50,397 bases of DNA from a virus (taxonomy: Duplodnaviria; Caudoviricetes): positions 1 to 50,397 of IMG/VR virus record IMGVR_UViG_3300020374_000953; one strand, written 5' to 3'. The number at the start of each line of letters is the position of its first letter. The first letter of the stretch is position 1. A program made the translations under genes and the position numbers. The notes beneath the pieces are model-generated. The model saw only the letters and a list, made by a program, of their open reading frames with translations. It had not been told where the DNA came from and ran no database searches. Positions 35,438-44,941 of this stretch are shown here, piece by piece.

Positions 35438-35635
35438 ATGGTATTAGGAGTAATGACAGTTTTAGCATTATGGTCTTGGGATAACGCCGACTATATTGCA
35501 ACAATGAACAAACAACTTGCAGAAGGTTATAACTGGACGCAGATTGATTGTAGAGCCCCCGACGAGAGTGTTCCACATATTGCAATCGAATCACCGAATG
35601 GCAAAAAGTGGGTTTGTAATAAGCTCGTCAAATAG
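35438..35635 (+). CDS. Small hypothetical protein
   Basis: AGGAG RBS; 65 aa, two Cys. Confidence 0.7.
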   Translation: MVLGVMTVLALWSWDNADYIATMNKQLAEGYNWTQIDCRAPDESVPHIAIESPNGKKWVCNKLVK

Positions 35636-35641
35636 AAACAT

Positions 35642-35717
35642 GCCGCTTTAGCTCAGTTGGTAGAGCAACTGATTTGTAATCAGTAGGTCCGCGGTTCGAG
35701 TCCGTGAAGCGGCACCA
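35642..35717 (+). tRNA. trnT: tRNA-Thr (TGT)
   Basis: Acceptor GCCGCTT/AAGCGGC; anticodon arm ACTGA-TTTGTAA-TCAGT; CCA end. Confidence 0.95.
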
Positions 35718-35734
35718 AGATTTTAGAGGAAGAA

Positions 35735-35926
35735 ATGACTTGGTTAATCGTTGTATTATCACTTACCGGAAGTCCGGATATTAAAATGGAATTTAGTTTT
35801 AGCAGTAGCAGATATTGTAATTTTGCATTAGAAAAAATTGTAGCAGAAACACCAGTTGCAACTGTTAAAGGTAGGAAAGTTAAGACAACTGTTAGAAAAG
35901 CAGTTTGTGAATTTAGAAACACCTAA
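35735..35926 (+). CDS. Small putative exported protein (F-x5-C family)
   Basis: GAGG RBS; MTWLIVVLSL, FSSSRYC...AVCE. Confidence 0.7.
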   Translation: MTWLIVVLSLTGSPDIKMEFSFSSSRYCNFALEKIVAETPVATVKGRKVKTTVRKAVCEFRNT

Positions 35927-36153
35927 TGGTCGTAAATATTTGATCCATCTTTTACATAGACAGGTTTACAGTAAGCAGTGACCCTGTCTTTTGGATCAAC
36001 TAGAGTAGAATAAGAGTAGTTACCATATTGTCTTGGTATTCTCTTAGCATAGTATTGACATACGTCTATGCTTCTAAAGATCATGGAATTAGGTTGTTGT
36101 TGCCTAAATTCACCCGTGCCTAACACAACGACAAGCATGAATGCATGGATCAT
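35923..36153 (-). CDS. Small putative exported protein (F-x5-C family)
   Basis: MIHAFMLVVVL, FRSIDVC...AYCKP. Confidence 0.72.
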   Translation of the reverse strand: MIHAFMLVVVLGTGEFRQQQPNSMIFRSIDVCQYYAKRIPRQYGNYSYSTLVDPKDRVTAYCKPVYVKDGSNIYDH

Positions 36154-36162
36154 ATTAATCCC

Positions 36163-36645
36163 CTAAATGATTCCTCTAGTCGTTGCAAATAACCATGCAA
36201 AGCCTAGAATTGCACCACCTACAATCAATACCAAAACCGCTATTAGAATACCTTCTACAAGTTTTCTGCGTCTTTCTTCTTGATCGTAGATCATCTTTTG
36301 TCGTTTTTTTCTTATGTCTGCTTCTGTTCTTAAAAGTTCTTCCCAAGCAGATGGACCTCTTGAAAAAGAGATTATCTGTTTGAGTTGTTCTCGCATGTCT
36401 TCTGCTTTTTTCTTGGCCATGAAGATTTGCAAGGCTTCTTCTTCTACCGAACCCGAATTAAACAATTTTTTAAATATCGGAGGTTTTTTATTTAATTCCT
36501 CAGCTTTCCTTATATCAGAAACGGAATTCATCCATCGACCTAAATCGCCGGCCATAGATTCTATTTCTCTACCTGCCGCGAATCCTGCCTTGATCGTATT
36601 GAAAGCCGCGGTTGCCCCCGCTATGGCTGTTACTGGATCTATCAA
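36163..36645 (-). CDS. Hypothetical protein with C-terminal TM
   Basis: TTG start after GAGGG; MIDPVTAIAGATAAF; minus-strand TAAATA at 36688-36693. Confidence 0.78.
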   Translation of the reverse strand: MIDPVTAIAGATAAFNTIKAGFAAGREIESMAGDLGRWMNSVSDIRKAEELNKKPPIFKKLFNSGSVEEEALQIFMAKKKAEDMREQLKQIISFSRGPSAWEELLRTEADIRKKRQKMIYDQEERRRKLVEGILIAVLVLIVGGAILGFAWLFATTRGII

Positions 36646-36731
36646 TTAACTTCACCCTCTAAATGTGGACAGAATGTCCTACAATTCTATTTATCCAAAA
36701 TAGTTTTTGGTTATCTTTTAACATAATCCAC

Positions 36732-36760
36732 TTGACAGCCTTTGCATGTGATGTTATTAT
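36732..36760 (+). promoter_or_regulatory. Sigma70-type promoter
   Basis: TTGACA-17 nt-TATTAT with extended TG. Confidence 0.75.
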
Positions 36761-36771
36761 ACATAGTATAA

Positions 36772-36912
36772 ATGACAATAGGACAAGGCATAGGATTATT
36801 ACTAATAGGCATACCATTATCATTTGTGACACTTTGGGCACTTATGCATTTTGGAAATAAATTTGATAAAGAGAGGCAAGAAGATGAGGACACAACCACA
36901 AGAAATTATTAA
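36772..36912 (+). CDS. Small single-TM protein (46 aa)
   Basis: MTIGQGIGLLLIGIPLSFVTLWALMHF...; directly after the promoter. Confidence 0.5.
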   Translation: MTIGQGIGLLLIGIPLSFVTLWALMHFGNKFDKERQEDEDTTTRNY

Positions 36913-38221
36913 ACAACTAGAAGCTGACAACTCACGTCTAGCTAAAGAACAAGTTTTATTATCTGCAATGGAAGAAGGATTAGATGAATTCTTTTCAGGT
37001 GTAAAAATGGCTTTGGATCCATTATATACTTTTGGAGTTAAGCAGGTTCCAGAATCCAAAGTAGATGGACAAGGACTGAAGTGGGAAGTATTTTTAGATG
37101 TTGCTGAAAAATTAAACAAAAGAGAATTGACAGGGCATGATGCCAGAGATGCAATACTTCTTACTCGTGATATTGCAACAAAAGAACAGTGGAATATGTT
37201 CTATCGTAGAATTTTAATTAAAGATTTACGTTGTGGAGTAAGTGAAAAGACTGTGAACAAGGTCGCAAAGAAATTTCCACAGTATTCAATTCCAATTTTT
37301 ACTTGTCCGTTAGCACATGATTCAGCTAATCATGAAAAGAAAATGATTGGTAAGAAACAAATAGAAGTAAAACTTGACGGTGTAAGGGTAATTACTATTA
37401 TACAAGGTGACACAAGTCATGGCAATTTTAGTAGGGTAGAGATGTTTAGTAGAAATGGAAAGCAGTTTCATAACTTTGGACATATCATTAGTGAAATAGA
37501 AGAAGTAATCAAAGATAATCCTCCACCATATGATTTAGTTTTGGATGGCGAAGTCATGAGTGCTAACTTCCAAGACCTAATGAAACAAGTACATAGAAAA
37601 GATGGTAAGCAATCAAAAGATGCAGTACTGCATTTGTTTGATATGTGTCCATTATCCGAATTCCAAAAAGGTATGTGGGACAAAACACAATCCTTTAGAA
37701 GTCAAGCCGTGAAGGCTTGGGTAGATCAGCATAAAGACGTCTTAAAGCACGTACAAACACTTGATTGGGAAGATGTGGACTTAGATACCCAAGAAGGTCA
37801 AGATCGCTTTGTAGAGCTTAATAAAGCGGCTGTAGACGGTGGTTATGAGGGGGTTATGATAAAAGATCCTGAAGCACCATATGAATGTAAAAGAACGCAT
37901 AGTTGGTTGAAGGCAAAACCATTTATTGAGGTTACACTCAATGTCGTTGCTGTCGAAGAAGGCACTGGACGTAACGAAGGTAGACTAGGTGCCGTAATAG
38001 TGGAAGGAGAAGATGATGGATACAATTATAAACTTAACTGTGGGAGCGGCTTCACTGATTCTCAACGTGATGAGTTCTGGACTGAACGTGATAGTCTCAT
38101 TGGTAACCTAATAGAGATTAGAGCTGATGCTAGAACGCAGTCTCAAGATTCTGAAACGTATAGTCTCAGGTTCCCAAGATTCAAGTGCTTCAGAGGTTTC
38201 GAAGCAGGAGAAAAAGTTTAA
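36884..38221 (+). CDS. lig: ATP-dependent DNA ligase
   Basis: EVKLDGVR (motif I), LDGEV, LFD, YEGVMIK, WLKAK, SLRFPRF. Confidence 0.95.
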   Translation: MRTQPQEIIKQLEADNSRLAKEQVLLSAMEEGLDEFFSGVKMALDPLYTFGVKQVPESKVDGQGLKWEVFLDVAEKLNKRELTGHDARDAILLTRDIATKEQWNMFYRRILIKDLRCGVSEKTVNKVAKKFPQYSIPIFTCPLAHDSANHEKKMIGKKQIEVKLDGVRVITIIQGDTSHGNFSRVEMFSRNGKQFHNFGHIISEIEEVIKDNPPPYDLVLDGEVMSANFQDLMKQVHRKDGKQSKDAVLHLFDMCPLSEFQKGMWDKTQSFRSQAVKAWVDQHKDVLKHVQTLDWEDVDLDTQEGQDRFVELNKAAVDGGYEGVMIKDPEAPYECKRTHSWLKAKPFIEVTLNVVAVEEGTGRNEGRLGAVIVEGEDDGYNYKLNCGSGFTDSQRDEFWTERDSLIGNLIEIRADARTQSQDSETYSLRFPRFKCFRGFEAGEKV

Positions 38222-38339
38222 TCCCCGTGAACGTAAACACGGAGATAAAATGACCGACATCGAAAAAATGGATGAAGGTTACAAAGGCAAAACTTATACC
38301 ATTAATGGTATAGATGGCGATTTTTAACAGGAGAAAAAA

Positions 38340-38459
38340 ATGAAACAAACTTTTGAATCTTTCAAAAAAAAGTACGGGGAAGGCACAGCCGCGGACTTGG
38401 ATTATGGTAAACTTACCATTATTGCTTTGTGCATTTATATCGCAGTACAAGTTTCGTAG
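38340..38459 (+). CDS. Small membrane protein (39 aa)
   Basis: AGGAG RBS; MKQTFESFKKKYGEGTAADLDYGKLTIIALCIYIAVQVS*. Confidence 0.55.
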   Translation: MKQTFESFKKKYGEGTAADLDYGKLTIIALCIYIAVQVS

Positions 38460-38468
38460 GAGATCATT

Positions 38469-38849
38469 ATGAGAGCTTGGATATACGATTGTTGGAATCA
38501 TATTATGGATGCTGAAGTTAATCCACTTAGGCATATTCCAGATTTACAAGTACGACACATGGTGATGCAAATTTTAGCATTCATGTGGTCAGCAGTTTTT
38601 TCGATTGCTATTGCAGAAAGCATTATGGCATTTGGTATCAGTGCTTTGGTACACGTTCTTTTTGTTGCGGCTGTTGTCGTAACTGTAGGGACGTTTAAGG
38701 TTGCAGAGCATAAACCTAGCATGTTCGAATGGAGAAAAGGTTATCACTCTCATGGAAGAGGTAGAACCTATACCATTTACAGGGATAAACAAGGCAATGC
38801 CCACAAGGTAGAACTTCCTCCCGGCGACCCCGGCGGCGAACATGAATGA
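38469..38849 (+). CDS. Membrane hypothetical protein
   Basis: AGGAG RBS; two TMs; NPLRHIPD. Confidence 0.75.
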   Translation: MRAWIYDCWNHIMDAEVNPLRHIPDLQVRHMVMQILAFMWSAVFSIAIAESIMAFGISALVHVLFVAAVVVTVGTFKVAEHKPSMFEWRKGYHSHGRGRTYTIYRDKQGNAHKVELPPGDPGGEHE

Positions 38850-39522
38850 TATTAAATTTATATGTCACGATAAAAATGTTCTAAAAAACTTTCCTATTGT
38901 TCCTGCAACAGATTGTATGCCAGATTGGTATGCAAAATTAAACGATAAAGATTCTATTGCAAATAATATGCCAGTTCGTGATTATGTCACGGCTGGTTAT
39001 ATTATTCCTAATGCATTTGAACAAGCAATTGGAATCAATGTTGAAGACGATATTGAATGTCCTGATGTCATTCATCCAGTTGAAAAACCAGGAGAATTTT
39101 TCACGACATTAAATCATGTAACTGCACCTCATTACTTCTACCCACACGAATTTTGCCCTGTGCAAATTGATGGAGCAAAACGAAGTTACTATAAACTTAA
39201 ATTACCCTGGAGGATAGAAACACCTAAGGGTTATAGCACTTTGTTCTTTCAACCTTATTACTATTTTAACAAAGGATTTTCTATCATGCCTTTTATATTA
39301 GATACAGACTTATTTGATCTTAGTAATTTGGAATTTCCTTGTTACATCAAAAAAGAAGTTGATATAAAGCCAGGAGAACCTATCGTTCAGTTCATTCCTT
39401 TTAAAAGAGAATCGTGGAAACACAAATTAAGTTTGTCAAAAGAAGAAACAAGTAGCAAGATGAATTTCTTTTTAAAAGATATGTATAAAAGGGCTTTCCA
39501 CCAGAAAAAGTCCTTCAATTGA
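38842..39522 (+). CDS. Hypothetical protein (beta-rich, possibly dUTPase-like fold)
   Basis: MPDWY, PWRIETPKGYS, IKPGEPIVQFIPFKRE. Confidence 0.7.
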   Translation: MNDIKFICHDKNVLKNFPIVPATDCMPDWYAKLNDKDSIANNMPVRDYVTAGYIIPNAFEQAIGINVEDDIECPDVIHPVEKPGEFFTTLNHVTAPHYFYPHEFCPVQIDGAKRSYYKLKLPWRIETPKGYSTLFFQPYYYFNKGFSIMPFILDTDLFDLSNLEFPCYIKKEVDIKPGEPIVQFIPFKRESWKHKLSLSKEETSSKMNFFLKDMYKRAFHQKKSFN

Positions 39523-39523
39523 C

Positions 39524-39552
39524 TTGACTTTACTAATTAAGAAATATATACT
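39524..39552 (+). promoter_or_regulatory. Sigma70-type promoter
   Basis: TTGACT-17 nt-TATACT. Confidence 0.7.
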
Positions 39553-39574
39553 GTAAAAAATTATCGGAGATACC

Positions 39575-40846
39575 ATGGCAAAGAAAAGAAAAAATATTTT
39601 CAAAACAAAAACCATTGAGCCTAAATGGGATGATGTTGATAAGCTAACTGGTGATCAATATAGTAGACGTTTACATGCCGCTCAAGAACATTACAGGATG
39701 GATTTTAAACAAGATGTATACAAGAAGTGGATACTTGAATATTGTAAGTCAGCTGAAAAATGGAAAGAACATTTTAAAACAATCGCAAAAAATCCAGATA
39801 GAGAATTTAGATCAACACTCGCAGGGTTATGTAGGTTGTCATCTGTAGGATGTCCAGACTTTTATAAGCCCTATGCAGATTATTGGTTAACACTGGCAGG
39901 AACAACAGGTGAAGTAAAGCCTCGTTCCGAATCCATTGACAAATGGATACAAGAATTAGTAGACAAAGGCAGTCAAATTAAACAATCTGAAGATAAGAAG
40001 AAGGAAGCAGAAAAGAAGAAAGGTAATGTTTATAGACCAAGCATACAGGAGAGAATTCACGAACAGGCCTGTAACCAATCTGAAAAGATAGATGATTGGT
40101 TAGAGAAATGGACTAAAGATCCAAAGAAATTCAAAAAAGACGATTTTAAATTTAGTAAACATTTTATTGCAAACAAAGTAACGCAGGCCCATGCTAGGGT
40201 AATGCTCGGATGGTATGAACCTGTTGCATTAGAATTACACGAAGTGCTGAATCCTCCATCTAAGACCGAATATGGTAGAATGACTGAAAAAGAACAAGAC
40301 TATGCAGATCAGTTAATCGAAGGGTATGCAATACATGAAAAGAAAGATGTAGAAAATCTATATGAAGGTTATAAGAATCTGTTAGGTGCATTAACCATGC
40401 TTATAGATATGGCAAAAGCAAGTCGTAAAACACGTAAAAGAGCACCTAAGAGTAAGGATAAACTTGTACAAAAATTAAAATATAAAGTATCAGATGAGAA
40501 ATTACACGTTGCAAGTATCAATCCTATTGACATTGTTGGCTGTAATGAGCTTTGGGTTTACAACACAAAAACACGTAAGATAGGCAGATATGTTGCACAA
40601 AATATTGATCCGTTAAAACAAGAACGTGAAGGCACAGGTTTAAGTGTTAAAGGCACTTCTATTACTGGCTTCAAAGAAAGCGAAAGTATCCAAAAGACCA
40701 TACGTAAACCTGATGAAAAACTAAAGGAATTTCATGATGCAGGTAAAATAAAGCTACGAGATTATTTGGATAACATCAACGCAGTGGAAATAAAATTAAA
40801 TGGTAGGATAAATCCTGAAACGATTCTTCTCAAGGCAGTAAGATAA
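39575..40846 (+). CDS. Conserved large-myovirus hypothetical protein
   Basis: 423 aa; SIQERI, LWVYNTKTRKIG, GLSVKGT, LNGRIN. Confidence 0.8.
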   Translation: MAKKRKNIFKTKTIEPKWDDVDKLTGDQYSRRLHAAQEHYRMDFKQDVYKKWILEYCKSAEKWKEHFKTIAKNPDREFRSTLAGLCRLSSVGCPDFYKPYADYWLTLAGTTGEVKPRSESIDKWIQELVDKGSQIKQSEDKKKEAEKKKGNVYRPSIQERIHEQACNQSEKIDDWLEKWTKDPKKFKKDDFKFSKHFIANKVTQAHARVMLGWYEPVALELHEVLNPPSKTEYGRMTEKEQDYADQLIEGYAIHEKKDVENLYEGYKNLLGALTMLIDMAKASRKTRKRAPKSKDKLVQKLKYKVSDEKLHVASINPIDIVGCNELWVYNTKTRKIGRYVAQNIDPLKQEREGTGLSVKGTSITGFKESESIQKTIRKPDEKLKEFHDAGKIKLRDYLDNINAVEIKLNGRINPETILLKAVR

Positions 40847-40854
40847 ATACTTAC

Positions 40855-41919
40855 ATGAGCCAGATAAACAAAATTAGAGAAGGTCTCTCTAGCTTGAGTT
40901 CAGCAATAGAGACTATAGCAAACACAGACAAACCAGATGTTCCTGAAGCAACTGTAAACAGCATTAGTGGTAATGCAATACACGGTGGTAAAATAACACT
41001 TTTAAGAAGCACAGGAATACGTGATCAAGCAACTAGAACGTCATTATTAGTAGAAGACGATCAAATAACTGTTGGAAAAGCAGATATTGATAATGTGCTT
41101 GGCGACTTAGATATTGAAAATAACTTGACAATTGGTGGTGAATTAAAGGCTCAAAAGCTACATGTAGACGAATTATTTTCTAATCAAAAACACACAACTT
41201 CAATTGATTTTGATCTAACAAGTGAACCAGACTTGATAGGTATGCAATGGAGGAAAAAAGGTCAAGCAACTAAACAGATTGTTTGGCGTGAAAATAGATT
41301 TTACATAAGCAGTGATATAGATTTACATCGCAACGCGAGTCTAAAAATAGATGATATCACTGTAATAAGTGCAGATGCACTAGGTCCTACAATAAAAAAG
41401 AGTGAGCTTACTACAGTTGGTAGACTTACCAATCTACAAGCTGATGGTGATTTAAACATTGACGATTTTGTATTGTATGACAGTGGTACAATGAGATTTG
41501 GAATTGGGGTAGAGGCACCTAATGCTCAATTCAGTGTTGCCAGCAATGAAGCAGAATTTGTTGTTGACCCTGATTTTGATCATTTGAGGGTAGGTGCTTA
41601 TACCACTAGCAAACTTTCTTTGATTACGGATAATAAAGAAAGACTAGTTCTTAAAGAACACGGAGGCGTAGAAGTAAAAGGCAGTTTAGGTGTTAATGTT
41701 CAGTATCCAGGAGAGGATGTTGATTTACAAGTAGCAGGAGCAATTAGATTTGCAGATAAGAAAATATCTGTAGGTGAAGATATACCTGTAGAAGGTAACT
41801 ATAATTTAGGTGATTTACAATATAATACTAAACCATCAGCCGGCGGTTGGGTTGGTTGGATTTGTGTAGAAAGCGGAAATCCAGGTAAATGGAAAAGATT
41901 CGGAGCAATAGAAAAATGA
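40855..41919 (+). CDS. Beta-rich putative structural (fiber-like) protein
   Basis: 354 aa; C-terminal GWVGWICVESGNPGKW; TAAATA upstream. Confidence 0.75.
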   Translation: MSQINKIREGLSSLSSAIETIANTDKPDVPEATVNSISGNAIHGGKITLLRSTGIRDQATRTSLLVEDDQITVGKADIDNVLGDLDIENNLTIGGELKAQKLHVDELFSNQKHTTSIDFDLTSEPDLIGMQWRKKGQATKQIVWRENRFYISSDIDLHRNASLKIDDITVISADALGPTIKKSELTTVGRLTNLQADGDLNIDDFVLYDSGTMRFGIGVEAPNAQFSVASNEAEFVVDPDFDHLRVGAYTTSKLSLITDNKERLVLKEHGGVEVKGSLGVNVQYPGEDVDLQVAGAIRFADKKISVGEDIPVEGNYNLGDLQYNTKPSAGGWVGWICVESGNPGKWKRFGAIEK

Positions 41920-42329
41920 AACTACACAAAATAGACACAAACACAATTACTATGGCCAAAGAAGGATTAAATTCATTATCTGAATTACTTCTTGGTTTAG
42001 GTAATGTTGTAGGTCAAGAAGATTCAAAACTTGTAGTAGATGCAAAAGGTGTATTAAGAATACAAGGCAACACATCTACTATTATCAAAGGAAACTTAGG
42101 TATAGGAGTATCTAACATTCCAGATGATCTATCGCTCGAAACTGAGCGACCTGTAAAATTCCAAGGCAAAAAATTCGAAGTAGGTAATAAAATACCCACA
42201 ATAGGGCTATATAACAAGGGAGACATTGTCTGGGACGATGATCCTAAACCTAACGGAATACTTGGTTGGATTTGTATTAGAACAGGCACTCCAGGAGAGT
42301 GGAGAACATTTGGGACTATAGGTGCATGA
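41916..42329 (+). CDS. Shorter paralog of the preceding protein
   Basis: C-terminal GILGWICIRTGTPGEW. Confidence 0.75.
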   Translation: MKLHKIDTNTITMAKEGLNSLSELLLGLGNVVGQEDSKLVVDAKGVLRIQGNTSTIIKGNLGIGVSNIPDDLSLETERPVKFQGKKFEVGNKIPTIGLYNKGDIVWDDDPKPNGILGWICIRTGTPGEWRTFGTIGA

Positions 42330-42661
42330 CCGATTTTAAAAAAGTAGATAAACATGTAAACCGATGGTACATGTTAGGAAGAGTTGCGCCTTTTGGAGCA
42401 CTATTCATTATTTGTGTTTTATTAGCATTTGATCTTAACACATATTTAGAATACGGTTTATTAGCAGTAGCAATATTTTTTGCCGTATTTGCATTTGCAT
42501 GGTGGTGGTGGGTATTAGATACTGTAAGACAACTATTTGCTATGATGGAAAAAACACATCAAAAATTTGACGATGTTCTTGGCGAATTAACCAAAGTTAA
42601 GCAGGACCTAAATGATAGTAATTGGGAACGGTCAAAGTCGGAAAAAGATCAATCTAAATAA
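42326..42661 (+). CDS. Two-TM membrane protein
   Basis: Hydrophobic helices, WWWW, coiled-coil tail. Confidence 0.72.
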   Translation: MTDFKKVDKHVNRWYMLGRVAPFGALFIICVLLAFDLNTYLEYGLLAVAIFFAVFAFAWWWWVLDTVRQLFAMMEKTHQKFDDVLGELTKVKQDLNDSNWERSKSEKDQSK

Positions 42662-43178
42662 TTACAACGAATTAAAAATTGGTTGTAATGCAATCATTAG
42701 AGATTATCATGTTGACTATCTAATCTGTTGTGACAAGAAGATGGTTAAGCAGGCCTTAGCACAAGGTTATTCACCAGTATACACTAGAGATAGATGGGCA
42801 AATGACTTTGATTCTCCACATGTTTTCAAATTACCAGACTTACCTTATTACGGAGATAACCGTATGGATGAACCTTTTCATTGGGGTAGTGGTCCATATG
42901 CTGTGTTACTAGCAACCTTTTTATCTAAATATATAAAACTTATAGGATTTGATTTATATGGCATTCACGGTAAGTTGAATAACATTTATGAAAATACTTC
43001 CGGATATTTAAAAAACACAGACGAACAAGTAGACTGGAGTTATTGGGTATATCAAATGGCAAAAATATTTGAACTGAATCAAGATAAAACATTTCATATC
43101 TATAATTTGGAAGATTGGAAATTACCAAAACAATGGAACTTCAGCAATATAAAGGTTGACAATATTGCAAATTTATAA
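42612..43178 (+). CDS. Putative glycosyltransferase-like/MptE-like Rossmann protein
   Basis: VIGNGQSR, IGCNA, D motif, WGSG, LIGFD. Confidence 0.6.
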   Translation: MIVIGNGQSRKKINLNNYNELKIGCNAIIRDYHVDYLICCDKKMVKQALAQGYSPVYTRDRWANDFDSPHVFKLPDLPYYGDNRMDEPFHWGSGPYAVLLATFLSKYIKLIGFDLYGIHGKLNNIYENTSGYLKNTDEQVDWSYWVYQMAKIFELNQDKTFHIYNLEDWKLPKQWNFSNIKVDNIANL

Positions 43179-43184
43179 TATAAT
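43156..43184 (+). promoter_or_regulatory. Sigma70-type promoter
   Basis: TTGACA-17 nt-TATAAT. Confidence 0.8.
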
Positions 43185-43207
43185 AAATAAAACTTGAAAG
43201 GTGAAAT

Positions 43208-43657
43208 ATGGCAAAATACTATTCTACTAAAACTTACGGACACAACATTGGATTGAGTGCAGTATTTAGACAACCTAATGCTGATCATTCTCACTGTCAT
43301 TTAATGCATGGATACAGTTTGCAATTTAAATTTACATTTGGGTGTGACAAACTAGATAACAAAAACTGGGCTGTTGACTTTGGTGGACTTAAACCATTAA
43401 AAGCATGGCTTGAAGATAGCTTTGATCACAAAACTTGCATTGACGTAGATGACCCACACAAACAAGACTTTTATGATTTACAAGATAAAGATCTTTGTGA
43501 AGTTAGAGAGTTTGAAGGTGTAGGTGCAGAAAAATTTGCCGAACATGCATTTAACTTTGCTGACAAATTAATTAGAGAAAAGACAAACAATAGATGCTAT
43601 GTTGTCAGTGTTGAATGTGCAGAGCATGGTGCTAACTCAGCCATATACGAGAGATAA
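43208..43657 (+). CDS. queD: 6-pyruvoyl-tetrahydropterin synthase/QueD family
   Basis: HSHCHLMHGYS, WAVDFGGLK, FDH, GAEKFAE, EHGANSA. Confidence 0.85.
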   Translation: MAKYYSTKTYGHNIGLSAVFRQPNADHSHCHLMHGYSLQFKFTFGCDKLDNKNWAVDFGGLKPLKAWLEDSFDHKTCIDVDDPHKQDFYDLQDKDLCEVREFEGVGAEKFAEHAFNFADKLIREKTNNRCYVVSVECAEHGANSAIYER

Positions 43658-43671
43658 GGCAACCATGTGCA

Positions 43672-44562
43672 ATGGCAAAAGTAGATAAGTCACAATATTC
43701 TAAAGCTCAATGGAAAATAGTTCAAGCCGAAAGACGTAGGCAAAAAGAGCTTGATCGGAAACAAAAGGCGCAAAAGAAACTAGAGAAACAAAAAGGTACA
43801 GAAAGAACAGTTAAAGTACCAGATTATTCTCCACCGCCGGTTCCTAAAGAAGTATCTCCCAACTATATTGTATGCTTAAAGCATGGTACAAAGTATGATT
43901 ACACCTATGTGAATAATTTGTACAACATGACCAAAAGGCATTGTACTATTCCCTTTGAATTTGTTTGCTTTACAGAAGACAACAACGGCTTAGATCCTAA
44001 TATAAAAACAATAAGCCTACAACATATTGGTGTTTACGGTTGGTGGTACAAACCTATATTCTTTGATAAGAATTTTCCTTTGAAAGGAACTATCCTTTAC
44101 TTTGATTTAGATGTTGTAATTTTCAAAAATATTGATCAATTGTTTACTTATAATCCTGATCAATTCTGTATCTGTAGAGATTTTAACAGAAGTCTTAGAA
44201 GCGATTGGAACAGAATGAATAGTAGTGTGTTTAAATTAAACACAGGTGCTTTCCCACATGTGTATGATGAATTTATGGAGAATGCTCCAATGAACATGCG
44301 AAGGTTTCATGGAGACCAAGATTGGATATATGAGATGATGAAGGACAGGCAAAAGGAATGGAAATTTTGGCCGGACCAATGGATCATGAGTTACAAATGG
44401 GAAATGCGAGACAGAGCAGATCTCGATAAAATAAATGGAGTAAGAAATTTTAAACAGAAGAAAGCTCCACAAGTTTTACCAAAGACCTGTGTTGCAGTCT
44501 TTCATGGAGAACCTCATCCACATCAGGTTGAGGACGATTGGGTAAAGGAGAATTGGAGATGA
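43672..44562 (+). CDS. Glycosyltransferase (GT-A, GT8-like)
   Basis: CLKHGTKY, GWWYK, YFDLDVVI (DxD), NSSVF, HGDQDWI, VFHGEPHP. Confidence 0.82.
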   Translation: MAKVDKSQYSKAQWKIVQAERRRQKELDRKQKAQKKLEKQKGTERTVKVPDYSPPPVPKEVSPNYIVCLKHGTKYDYTYVNNLYNMTKRHCTIPFEFVCFTEDNNGLDPNIKTISLQHIGVYGWWYKPIFFDKNFPLKGTILYFDLDVVIFKNIDQLFTYNPDQFCICRDFNRSLRSDWNRMNSSVFKLNTGAFPHVYDEFMENAPMNMRRFHGDQDWIYEMMKDRQKEWKFWPDQWIMSYKWEMRDRADLDKINGVRNFKQKKAPQVLPKTCVAVFHGEPHPHQVEDDWVKENWR

Positions 44563-44774
44563 CAAACGAAGACTATAAAGTAGACCCGGGCTCTATTAAT
44601 GTTGATCAACGTAAGATAGATACAAGAAGAGATGCCTGGGATAGGGACTACATGCCTGCTGATTGGATAAAGCCTGAACCAACAACTACTAAAAAAATAT
44701 CAAATGCGGCACCAGTTTTTGTGTTTGCATTTTTTTATGTTTGCATATTAGTAATGATGGGTAGTGTTAGATGA
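44559..44774 (+). CDS. Small protein with C-terminal TM
   Basis: ATGA coupling; 71 aa. Confidence 0.65.
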   Translation: MTNEDYKVDPGSINVDQRKIDTRRDAWDRDYMPADWIKPEPTTTKKISNAAPVFVFAFFYVCILVMMGSVR

Positions 44775-44941
44775 TTAGATTATGGCACTATTGGTGCAAA
44801 GCTATGGGAAGTCGTGCTTATGATAACGATAGGAAAGACGATCATATACACAATATTATTAGAACATTTTGGTTTTTATTACACATTATAACTTGTTGTA
44901 TGATTATAGCAGGTAACGGAAGGATGTTGAATATATGGTAG
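44771..44941 (+). CDS. Small membrane protein (56 aa)
   Basis: ATGA coupling; MIRLWHYWCKAMGS...RTFWFLLHIITCCMIIAGN. Confidence 0.6.
   Translation: MIRLWHYWCKAMGSRAYDNDRKDDHIHNIIRTFWFLLHIITCCMIIAGNGRMLNIW

Noticed and set aside
38250-38327. 25-codon ORF MTDIEKMDEGYKGKTYTINGIDGDF with GGAG
   Set aside because: Plausible but too short to support without homologs
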